A DNA stretch of 61,392 nt, filler included, from Hausera hauseri (taxonomy: Eukaryota), in assembly GCA_046269625.1 (NCBI GenBank). It is 7 parts of 7 records of this genome, joined end to end, with 100 filler letters (N's around TTAATTAATTAA, not from the genome) between each part and the next. Parts side by side here need not be neighbours in the genome. Positions count along the whole stretch, not along the records: positions 42,287 to 48,078 come from JBJURY010188748.1; positions 48,179 to 55,561 come from JBJURY010018454.1; positions 55,662 to 61,392 come from JBJURY010198192.1; 4 more parts are not named here. One strand, 5' to 3'. Below are positions 47,157 through 59,300 of the stretch, piece after piece. The position numbers and the translations under genes were made by a program. A model generated the notes under the pieces. The model did no database searches. It was not told the origin of the DNA and worked only from the letters and a program-made list of their open reading frames with translations. Numbering within the stretch: the first letter of the stretch is position 1; every line of letters begins with the position of its first letter.

Positions 47157-47693
47157 TTAATATTTACACAAATCATATATAACACAATTCGTTTTTGCAT
47201 TGCCTGCCTTAGTATCCGAAACCCATTGAACAAGTTTGAATGCGGTTTTGCCGGAATATGATATCAAACTGCTGCCCAAATTCCAAAAATACGGTTTTAC
47301 CAGTGGGGGTGAGGACCAGCTGCGTAACGTAAAACATGTATGATTCGTGATTAGGTTTTTTATAATTCGATTCAAGGAACTTCAAAAGTTCGTCCAGTTT
47401 TTAGTATTAGCCCGAGGACTTGGAATTATCCAGCCGGGCCACACAAAATTCCTTTGGGCTTTGCTATGATAAAATACAAATACTCGTTGATTCGTCTCCC
47501 ATAAGTCACGTAACGATGGTAGATATTCATCTTTATATAAGACAAGAAGTGAACCGAATATCTTCTCGATAGACTCCAACAACAGCAAATGTATTTCATC
47601 AGTAAATCCGTGGAAATTATTTAAATCCAACAAGATAACTTCATTGGTATTTCGTATTTCGACCATTTGGCAACGAAATGTTTGGCACAACAT
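47157..47693 (-). pseudogene. PI-PLC X-domain-containing protein (PLCXD-like) C-terminal fragment, frameshifted
   Basis: 'NEVILLDLNNFHG..H..L...FGSLL..SLRDLW..NQRVFVFY..VWP..IPSP.ANT' resembles PLCXD2/3. Confidence 0.7.
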
Positions 47694-47869
47694 CCGAACG
47701 ATCTAACGAGTCTTGTGACGCACTGTTCGGCATCGGGTGCGAGTTTGGATGAGGGGGAAATGATGATGATTTCATTTCATCTAGCAAAATAAATATGGAA
47801 CGTTGAAATGTTCACAAGTCAAATGGCGGGGAAAATCCCGTCCATCGAAACGCAAATGCCCCGGCGCGA

Positions 47870-48078
47870 CCACACTCCAAGCACTACGACAGCCGTTTTC
47901 GGAATGTCTGCTGGGGCCACCGGAATTTGGTCGTATGCTTTTTGCAAATCAATGCAGGAAAAAATGGTCGAACCATGGAGCCTGTGAAGGATACTGTTGA
48001 TAAATGGTACAGGGTAGGCATCCATTGTTGTTATTATGTTGAGTTGGCTGTAATCACTGAATGGGCAATTTCGTTTCA
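47870..48078 (-). mobile_element. Gypsy RT fragment
   Basis: 'DYSQLNIITTMDAYPVPFINSILHRLHGSTIFSCIDLQKAYDQIPVAPADIPKTAV'. Confidence 0.85.
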
Positions 48079-51000
48079 NNNNNNNNNNNNNNNNNNNNNN
48101 NNNNNNNNNNNNNNNNNNNNNNTTAATTAATTAANNNNNNNNNNNNNNNNNNNNNNNNNNNNNNNNNNNNNNNNNNNNTACCATAAAAGAGGGATTTTAC
48201 TGAAAATATGGGTCATTTTTATAACAAATAATCAGAGAAATGTACAAATATAATGACGATTAATAATATGAAAATTCCCATGAATATCAAATAATACATT
48301 TTGAGACTTTATTTATTACAGTGTTTAGACTTATTCAATTTGGTTAATTACATTTGGAAAGTTCGAATTTCGAGAAAATTCATTAATGTAAACATTAACG
48401 TAAATTTCAAATTGTTATGTCAACACAAAACATCTTTGCGTTGGAAAACAAACAACTTGATTTTAAACACAACGTCGTTTTTTCATCAGATTGACTTGAT
48501 TATGATTTGTAACGTTTCTTAATTTTACCCAACGTTGTCCTGTATTAGGACACAATGTGCAAATAAATCATTTATATAAATTAGAAAATTTATCATTTAA
48601 ACATTTCGTTTATCCATGGAACAAACAAATGTAAGTTTTTTTTATAATTTTTTATCATTTATATAATTTTTTCTGAAAATATATTCGAGGAATATTTCAC
48701 ATACACTGTCTTTTCCATCAGTTAGAGGTTAACTTAATTTATTTATAAATTTAAAAAATCGGTTATGTAAACTAAGTTATTAATCAGCATAAGTTCTGTA
48801 CCTGTAGAACTTCTAGTATCTTTTTAATTCAGACTATCAGTAAGGTGATGTTGCTTGTTAAAATCAAATAATTTTCAAAGACAAATGTAGCCTTTTCATT
48901 TAAAAACCTAACGTGATTTTTACCTAATATAACATAAATTGCTATACCGAAAGTTCGATGATCTACATTCAATGTCATTCAATACAGTAACGTTATTAAT
49001 ATTAATAATTGGCGGAAAAATCAGGTAATAAAACGACATTAAATTGTCATTAGTCACAAATTTCATATGTCAAACAGGTGATGCGGATACTGTAACATTA
49101 GAAGTGCCTCAGTCGAAACAAATATGAAATACTAACTGCGGTTCAACACAACATTGTTCAGTTCAAAAGTTGGGCCAACTAAATCAAAGAAACTTGTTAC
49201 TACTACGTTGATTGTCTTGATTAGGTGTTTGAAATATTCGCTGATACTCCGCTCTGATTACAACGTACAAACCTAATTTGTTACTCACATATCAACGTGT
49301 CTGTATATAATATGCATTAGTCCAGACATTCGGTTTAATGCTTTTATTCTGTATCAGTATAATATGATTGATTTGCATGCAACTAGCAGTGATGAATATC
49401 AAGCCACTGTTATGTAGAATGTTATTTCGAATGTTCGGAGTCTTTATATTTATTAATATCGATCTCTAACGAGGAAATTAATGTTGTTGATGTTGTTGCT
49501 TCTGCAGCTGTTGAATCTGGTTCTAATGAAAGTTGTCTTATTTCCAGTTGCATACCCAACCTATTCTTTTCTTTTGATCTGCAGACGATACAACCTCCTA
49601 GGCTCACTGCACAACCATTCACCATTTTCTTTCGTGATGTCAAATGGTTTATATGTTCCTTGTGTACAAACTCATTGTATATGTTCAGTAAGTGATCCAG
49701 TTTTGCTTATACGGTTTGAAATGATACATTTGGGAAATGTCATTTCTGCTACCATAAACTTGTTACTTCTTTCGCAATCTCCTTTACACGTTCTTTCATT
49801 CCTTTGGCGGAAGCTGCAAGTAACAAATAGCAAACAACAATTTGATATTCAGTTGTATCTTACTATAGTTTTCCAGTGATTATGCATCTAGTTGAACACT
49901 CCTTCTTTCATATATGATTCTTGAAATCGTACGAGATTCTTTCTTAGTCAAGATTTCTTTCTTCCTTTCAATGGTGAAAGCAGTTTTTATGAGACAATAT
50001 GATTTAAAAACAAGCATCTATATCGGTAAGAAAAGCAATTATACTGATTTAATCATATACTTAATTGAATTATTCAAATTAATTAATCAATATACTTTTT
50101 CTACGATTTAGCATATCTTGTCGGGCGTGCGTTTTTAGAAAACTAAAGAATTAAATTCCTTTTCAATAGTTTTTGTGTTTATTACATATATAAATATCAC
50201 TTCTATTTCTCAGTATACATATTTTGCTCCTACGTATTTTGCTAACTTTTCCTCATTTCATAATCACGTGGTTTTGAAAAACTTCTAACAAGGAACAACG
50301 CCTTAATACTATTCAGAGTTTACAAGTTTAACAGGCTCTGCAAGTAAACATGATGATTAATACATTTTATCGCGAACCAAGAGTATATCTGTGGTACAAT
50401 CTGCTTTTTATGCAACGCTGTGGTGAATGTGTTAATAATGAGACCAAACTTGTTCAAAAGGTTAAAATTGTGTTATATGGACCACTATATGCTACACAAT
50501 TTCGCATAATTAACAGTAGCATATTCCTTTTGGTTATGGACTCGACTGACAATATTTTTTATTTCGTAGATAATCGAAGACTTTATAAATCAAATATAAA
50601 AATATTACGTCGAGTAAGTAAAGGAAGTTACCTAGGTTCAAAATCCCAAAACATGGTGGAAGATATAAACAAGTGAAATATGTTATATTTAATTTCAGTT
50701 GTGTTATTTTGGAAAACGTTTTCATATTATTAACCATCATTATATTTTATTTATCATTGACTAATTGTTATAAAACTCAGATTTATGATACAATTCATAT
50801 TCGCGAAGATTGATTGCTTTCTATATTATTGTTGTAATATAATATTGTTGTAGTTCCATTGTCAAATACAAGTAAACAACCGCATTTCACACTTGTTCAA
50901 ATCTCCATATTCAAATGTTTCTAAACTTTTACAACATGTACCTTATTTTCTCGAACTACTATTCATTTACTATTCGATTTATACTATTTCATTTTCGATC

Positions 51001-51237
51001 CATCAATTAAATATGTATTAGTTAATTCGCAATAGTATTGGTTACACAAATTGCTTTCAACAAGATAATATAATTATAACATTGTAAAAAATCTAAGTAT
51101 AAAAGTACAAAGTAAGTTGAACTGTGCATATAAATGCGCCACCAGGTCCTATAAATTATATTCGATATTCAGAAGACTTATTATGTTTTCATGATATACT
51201 GTTATTCTTAAATGAACTTGTTTAATTAACCTTTATA

Positions 51238-51535
51238 TATTCATGGTATATAAATTTGGCTATGCATATGATGGACCACAAATTATATTCAATGGATAAT
51301 TTATAACAACAACATATTCCATCGTGTATAATTTGACTATGCACATGACGGACCACGAATTATATTCGATGAATAGTTTACAACAACAACAACATATTCC
51401 ATCGTATATAAATTTTGGCTATGCATATGACGGACCATAAATTATAATCAATGGATAATTTATAACAACACATTCCATCGTGCATAATTATTTGGCTATG
51501 CACATGATGGACCACAAATTATACGCTATGGAATA
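51238..51535 (+). repeat. ~77-82-bp minisatellite, about 4 copies
   Basis: Recurring ctatgca(c/t)atga(c/t)ggacca..aattata; ggacca at 51273, 51350, 51432, 51509. Confidence 0.85.
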
Positions 51536-52627
51536 TATGAACGTTAATTAAACAAATATTTTTCAGATTGATAGAATATCAAGAAATGGAAAATAAATGA
51601 AAGGAAATACTAGAACGAGAAAAAAACATTTTAGTATTTGTTGTAAAAACCCTAAATTTAAAGTAAAAAAAATTCTTTTCTACAGTTTGAAAAATAATTT
51701 ATAAATATGGTTTATCATGTGTCGCTCACTACTTGATTTTCGTACAAAACTGCAATATCAGTCACGTTTTTAACAACGACTTTCAAATTGATACTAAATA
51801 GTCATAGAGACTTAATAAGCCGCAACATTCTGTATAGTTTTCCATGCAGTCTTTTCACACGGTATCATTCATATGGACGATAAATGCATTGACTGGGACT
51901 TTCTAGGACTTCTTTTAATGAATATCACAGGTAACCTGAAACTATTAATTTGTCTGATTGGCTTTCGTATTTATTACAGTTGTTCATAAAACGTTACGGT
52001 ACGCGAGTTATAATTTCATTTTGAAATTGACGTACATCGTATGTCTAAGTGACGAAAAAAATGTAAACATATGAATATGCTCTTTCGAATTAAACCAATA
52101 CTTATCCGGACATTATTTGTACTTTTATAATTCTACTGTTTTTGCGAGTACGTTGTTTGTCATCATCATTGTCGTCATAATCATCATTAAAAATCTATCA
52201 ATAGATTAATCATTTCCATACAAATAATTTTACATAGGAACATTCCATAACTAAAGAGAAGAGGGCATCATGGTGTTTGTATGAAGTTGAACTGCTTTTC
52301 AGATGATGATGATAATGACAATGGTGATATGTGGTGACTTTTCATGATTGTTAGTGACTTACCTACATTCATATAAACTGTAGTAGTATTATTCATCTAT
52401 TAGACTGATGTTAATTTTCTTTATTAAAACTTTACAATTTACTGTCTTTATTTCATATTGCTTTTACACATTACATTTGTGTGGAGACATGTTTGCATGT
52501 ACGGTTTTTGATTCAGAATTGGAATTTTCATGAGGAGTACGAATCTGATGAGGAAGATTTTTTTTTAATTTTACAAGAAATATTGTCGATCGAATATTAT
52601 GACGAACACTCCAACAACAATATAAAC

Positions 52628-52720
52628 AATGACGATGATGATGAAAATGACGATGCTGATGATGAAGATGATGGTGATCATGATAATGATGATGATGATG
52701 ATGATGATGATGTTGACGAT
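52628..52720 (+). repeat. Imperfect (GAT)n microsatellite within an acidic ORF (52481-52804)
   Basis: gatgatgatgaaaatgacgatgctgatgat...gatgatgatgatgatgatgatgat. Confidence 0.8.
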
Positions 52721-55698
52721 TTTTCTGACTCTATACATTTAAATGATTCCGATATGGACATTATTAATGAATTATTAAACATAGATTCTGGCTATGAATC
52801 CTAATATATATTTCGTATCTTTACCATCTTTTTCTATAGATTGACACAATTACATTTATATTTACAGATTTATTTAATTATAGATCTATTAACTTTTTAT
52901 TTTTTTCTTAATGTTGTTAATTCGACCATACAAGCCCTACGCGATAGGACATATGCAAAACCTTTCATTAGTGTTTGTATGTAGAGTATGTAGTATTGTG
53001 TTACGTGTAAAAAAATTTAAGTGATTTGACATATGATTTACATAGGGTAAATAGATCATGCTTTATTAACTGAAATTTCATAAATAAGAAGCCTTGAAGT
53101 ATCTGTCGAAATACATTGATTTCATTTATGCGATACTGGACAACAGCGACGCGTTGTATTTGTCTGAAATATATTAAAGCACATTTCTAATTTTTTTTAA
53201 TTACAAAGTCTTTTTTTCTAACACATCATGACTGCTTAGAATAATAATTTATACATGTTATATCGCGTGTGGGGCATGGATGATCGAAATAACAACCAAT
53301 GCGGAACTAACTCCTCGCCGCGCCCTACGGGGCAAAAAGAGGGCACCGGCAGGACCATTGGGGGCAGTTCCCATGGTGCTCAACGGTGATTTTTTTCACC
53401 ACAACGTTTTTTGAAATAAATTTTATATTTAGATCATTGCTATTCTACCACGTAAGTTCCTTTCATTTTCATTATATCTTTTACTATTACTTTCTTTTAT
53501 TAAATTTTATTATTATTTAACTTTATTTATAAATCTTTTTTTTCTTCATGTTACTTAATTTTACATTAAGCTCATCTGGAAAGGATTAGGAAGTCTAACG
53601 TGTAAGAGTACTTTTTTATATTAATTACTTTACCTTTTATTACTTCTTATTTATTATTCTTTAACTTTGTACAATATTGTATTTTGCGTAACGCGCTACC
53701 GTCGGAAAAATCATGATTTTTTTCCCACGGTCCATACGGGATATGTTCCTCTGGCGGGACACTAGGCTGCCCCGTACGGTGTGCGGTAGTGTGTACATCA
53801 AAATAATCGACCGCTATTCGTCGATTTTGCCAAAAGCGTGGTTCCAAAGTCCAAAAGTGGGCTGGACCCAACATACCCTTCTACTCTTGTCATTTGCTTT
53901 TTCAGCTGTAGAATATTTTAATACTCTTTCTGCAAAATTGTAAATGGCGATAAAACATACTTACCTAATTCACTATTCAACGCAAAATTCGTTTGGTTAA
54001 AAAAACTCTTCACTTGCAGTATTCCAACCAAACTATTTAGGACAATTTAAAGTTCTCAACCTAAGTTCACAAACGGTTACAATAATCAAAAACGATAAAG
54101 AACAAAACGTTTACATAACTAATGTGAAACCTACATTCTTCGTTAATGATACACTGGAATTTTCAGCTGAATCCACACAAAACTTTCTTGAGTCCTTCAA
54201 TTCTTCTTCCATTCTACCTGCACGACAACCTGCTACTCTAAAATCTGCAGTAACTTAATCAGCTACACTAAGTGACATACCGACCAGTTCTCAACCTGTT
54301 GAAATCTCAAATCAAAAATTAACATCACCAAAATATCTTCAACAGACATTAAAACAGCACGTCAAACGAAGCAAGACAGTAACTTTAAGCAAATACAACA
54401 GAGAACAAAATACCGATAAAATTCAACGTCTTGTCCATACAGAGAACTATTAGTTTGCTTACACCGTTCTGCTTTGTCTCTTTACTTTCCACTTTTTACC
54501 TTTTGTCTTTTTACAGCGTCGTTTTCGTAACGGGGGTAGTGTGCTGCCGCGGGCTTCGGCGCCACCATATTCCAACTGAACCGAATTCAGCAGTCATTAA
54601 GGATTTGAACTTTACAGATTTTGACACAAACGTGGAATTATCTTCCGGAATGGTTGATTCCTGGTTTGCCAACGTTATTCAGAATAATTGGAGACCTTTA
54701 ATCATCAACGTCGGTATTTGGTAATGATCACTGTACAATACCTACTCCATTCCCTTGAACATTTTGGCTCAACAAGATCCAGGAAAATATGCCAATCAAA
54801 CAATAACAATAGGTATAATATTTGTTAAGCATGTCAGTCTCAGCCGTCACTTAAATTTATCTCAAGGAAACCGGAACCAAGCCAACTAAATCTAATGCTC
54901 GAAACATCCGGCACGTCCCCCAAATTGTTAATCAAAGAAAAGAATAAGATCTCATTTGAAAATTGACAATTACTGTGTGATAGTCTCTCTCTAACTTAAT
55001 CGACAACCACCTTAATGTCACATAATTCTATGAAACGTCTTCTAGGATATTTCCGTCACATACAATATAGACTCCTCAACTATAATCAGGTTAATATCAA
55101 AAGCATAAAACGCCTATTTCGCAACATGGTTCCAAATGTTTCACGGTCGATCTTACGAAAATTGTGTTTGTGAAATTTGTGTTTGCAAACTATTCTGCCT
55201 CTTGTTTGATCATACGAATTGTTTGATTGTTGATCTGGTTGAGCGTTGCTCAAATAATTCCTCAAACGCCAACCTCACAGAACTTTAGTCATTAATTCCA
55301 AAATCACAAAACAGAGAACTTGATCATTATCAGAATCCCCGCCATAACACCTGATTGTCACATTTAATAAAAATCGGTACACTACCAAGATCTTGACTCA
55401 ACGAGAACTCCTTTGATCTCTGAAACTGTGCTACAAATTTTGTAAGCATTTTATTTTATTTTTTGAGTTTTCTCATTTTATCAATCAGCATTATATTTTG
55501 AATAGAATTATCTAAAGGTAGGTTCGATGGTGGTTCGGTAAACTTTTGTGTTTACCTGCACNNNNNNNNNNNNNNNNNNNNNNNNNNNNNNNNNNNNNNN
55601 NNNNNTTAATTAATTAANNNNNNNNNNNNNNNNNNNNNNNNNNNNNNNNNNNNNNNNNNNNAATGAAATAACAATGATTTCTCGTTCAAATTGTCTAA

Positions 55699-56358
55699 TC
55701 AAGTTAGCTGACTACTTTCTCGCATTTCTCCTCCATGAGCGGCATCCTCGGTGGAGCCTATTGCGTCAGAAGAGGTGGCGCCTAATGGTCTAGGTTGTCT
55801 CAATCGATTCATTCTTTCTTGTAAATCCGTCTGGGAATCTGGTTGGGCGTGACTCATTGACGAGCTCATCTCTAGATTGTAACTATGGTAGGGTTTATTT
55901 CGAACAACTCGAGTATAGCTTCCGTCTGAGTAATATTTTAATTCAGTGGCCTTCGGCCGACACACTGGATATGTCGTCTTCCCGCTGTCAAGTGTCCACT
56001 TTTCTAGACAATCCCGACAGTACTTGTGGCGGAAAACTTTGTTATCTAATACCACATAGCCTTGTTTCAAACTGGCGTCACATACAGGGCATTCTTTATC
56101 CTCCTTATCCCAATCGTCTCTATCCAAATCTACTTTGATTGTTAACTCGATTGGTTCAAATACAAGACCGTCTCCATCTTGGTATAGATATCCGTGAATT
56201 TCTTTCTCCTTAGGATTAATGGAACTTTTCCGTGGGTCGCAGTTTACTTGGATTAACCTCCAGTTCGCCATAAGATCTCGATCTAAATCGGGAATCTTGC
56301 CTTCCATTCGATATTTTTGATATTGTTTCTTAAGTAGTATTCGGATTTGTTTATCCAC
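55699..56358 (-). pseudogene. C-terminal RING-finger (C3HC4-like, two ligands substituted) ORF of the element
   Basis: CPVC-x14-H-KYCRDCLEKW-x8-YPVCR at 55957-56091. Confidence 0.65.
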
Positions 56359-59300
56359 TAGGACTATTATTTTTCCTGTCCTCTTCGAGCGGAAGATTGA
56401 GGTGAGTTAATTACCTAACTTAGGGTTTTCCCAGATATACGTATTTTCAAAAACTTCTTTGGCTGGGGCCATCTTGATGAAGAACGTGGCTTCTTTAATC
56501 ATTTTTTACTACAGTATTCGGTGGTTATCAGCATTGTTGGATAATCTTGAGTTGTTTTGTGGTGAACATTTTCTTCGGTCCTTCTTCCTAATAGAACATT
56601 GATTACGGTTATCATAGATTTTTTTACAGATGTGTCCTTCTGGGAGGTGCTTGGTTGGTTATCGCTCTTTTGTTTTTCTTCTTTTCTTTTTTGAATAAAT
56701 AGTTATAAATAGATGGGGTTTTCTTTGGTTGATGTTCCTCTAATTTTTGTCTTTTCACTACTATTTCTGGCCTGGATTCTAAGAGTTTTGGCGTTCTGTT
56801 GGGTATTTTGTCTTTCTTTTTGATTGCTGGCAATTTCGTCTTATCTTTTTCCTGTTGTTGCACTGTGATTGTAAAACTATGGTCGCCTGTGGGTTGAACG
56901 CTTCTGACTGGGCAACAGGGTTTGATATTCTTTCTAAATTTGTCGTTTATTTGTTCAGGTTTTAAGGGACTACGTAAATTGTGTGTGGGGTCCTTCGGGG
57001 CCCATTCATGTTCCTATTTTAATGACTTGTAAATTTCTTGCAGGCATTTAGAACGTTGACTGGCCGTTAGGAGCCTTGGAATTCTATTTGGGTCATTGCT
57101 CATAGCCTCGACCATTAGTTTAAAGAAAGCTTCTTGCGCGGTTGGACGATTTCTTCCTTGAACGGTCTGCTCCATTCGTTCTTGGACTATTGGGTGAGTA
57201 GCTATTTCCCTAAGTCAGGCAATATTTGCATCGGATATCCCTAATAGCTTCATCTTTCGTCGTACATTATACCCTGCTAACATACATCCGCAAAGACAAT
57301 GGCCTAGCTCTGAACAGACTTGCTGAATGTCTTTTCCTCTTATGAGCTGGTCTCTTTTCAACCCTGTCATTTCTGCATATGACTCCTGGACACGTTTTTG
57401 GGGGTTTATTACTGTATAATATATTTCAGTCCCATCTCTATCTTTAATAGATTTTTCGATGGGTATTCCTTATCCATTTTCTCCTCTGCCACAATTTGTT
57501 GCTATAATTCTTATGTTGCTACCATCTTTGACTAATCTATATGACTGACGGTGTTCGTCCTTTTCTGCTTCGGTTGGGATTTGTTTGAATTCTAGAACTG
57601 GCAAGTCTAAGTTGCAGTTTTCTCTGTATGTCACTTCGAACATAAGTTCAACAGGAAGGGCTGCTACTCTAAATTCTAAACCATAGTCCATGCTTTCCAA
57701 GCCCCGTCCACTTATTCTAAATGTACTAAATCGATATTGATGCCCTTCATCGGAATTCCATGGCTGGCCTTCTATTCTGTAGTATAGTTCTCCACCGGCT
57801 AGGTGTATATATACATCTTGAGTTCTATTAGTCTGTTTTGGAATCAGCTCCTTAAGTGAATATGCTTTTGCTTGATTATTTTCACGCATTGCATAAAGGT
57901 AAACGGTTCGGTTTTCTTCTATTATCCCTTTTAGGTCATTGGGAATCTCAGCCGCTTTTGAAAATTCCATTGAAGTTTTTGCTTGGAGGGCTTCAGTTAT
58001 ACGTCGGTAGATGGATTTCGATTTTGGTATGAATACTGTTGCATATTCCTTTAGGAATTTGTCGACACTAATTCGGCTGACCATACTTACCATTCTGAAA
58101 GGGAATACAATATAAGGGTCAATTCTAAAACAAAGTATTGTTCTAAATTTGAACTAATGCTTTGTTTGATGGTGGAATTACCCGATCTGTAGTTGTCAGG
58201 TTATTCCATCATTGATTTCATTCTGTGGTACAATCACCCTTAATTTCCTCTCGGTGATTTTATGACGCTTATTACAACAGTTTTGGTAATCAATTGACAA
58301 AACGCAATAAGAATTATGAGAGCAAATACTGAAGTTCCAATAATTTATATTAATGACAAGAATGTCCATTTAGTCAAATTTTTCGTTTTAACTGTAGTCG
58401 TAATTTCATCTCCCGTCTCCTTATGAGTCGGTGGTTCCGTTAGGAAAATCTCATTTAAGGTTTGCACCGTAAATGTCCAACTTTGTTTTCTGCACCGATT
58501 TGTATTGTATAATTTGTTTTCGGTTTTAAATAGATACATTTGCTTCGATGGTTTCCTTTAATTAATGTTACTCTGATTATGGTATACTGTTCGGCAGCTT
58601 ATTTCTACGTTGTAATTAAGTGCTTCTACAACGAATAGTATTTCAAGCTGTTGTGTCCAGTATCTTATAGGGATCATTTCTAGATCCTTTTGAGACAATC
58701 CACTCGTTAGAATGATTTTGGTGGATATAGGAGTGGTAGTCTTTGTTTTTATAATTTTACTCGTCATCTTCCGCGGAACTTGCCCGATTGGATTTCCAAA
58801 CTGGTAACTTTTTAAATAAATACTCGACTGGTTTAGTCGAACTTCATATAAGTCTAATCGAATCCTATATTTATATTTCTGGAGTAACGTGCAACATCTT
58901 TTTGGTCGTTCGACGTCAATTTGACAGTACTGTTGGTCCGGAGCTGATTTGTTCTCTCTTATGAATTGAACTGTGATTACTTGTCCCTTAATTAATCGTT
59001 CTTTTGTGTTTATTTGAACACAGTTGTCTTCCGGATTTCCCGTTATACTGGCTATATTTTCTAGCATTCGCTTAAATGGGTCATTGGATTGGAGCATGTC
59101 TTCCAGCTCTATATCAAGGTATTCTCCATAAGTCCGTGGTATAACTAAACGTGAATTCAGTTTTATTTCAGCGTATACATGATTACAATTTAGCAAATAC
59201 GAACGATAGCTGAGGGCGTAATAGTGCCCGTATTCTACGTTGCAGCAACTAGTATCATGTTCTGGTTCGAAATTACACTCTTATTCGGCTCGGTTTAGTA

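Noticed and set aside
51238-51535. CRISPR-like array
   Set aside because: Whole units are repeated with no unique spacers, there are no cas genes, and the context is eukaryotic
52481-52804. Acidic 107-aa ORF as a real gene
   Set aside because: Openness is largely explained by the stop-free GAT repeat; non-ATG start and no homology
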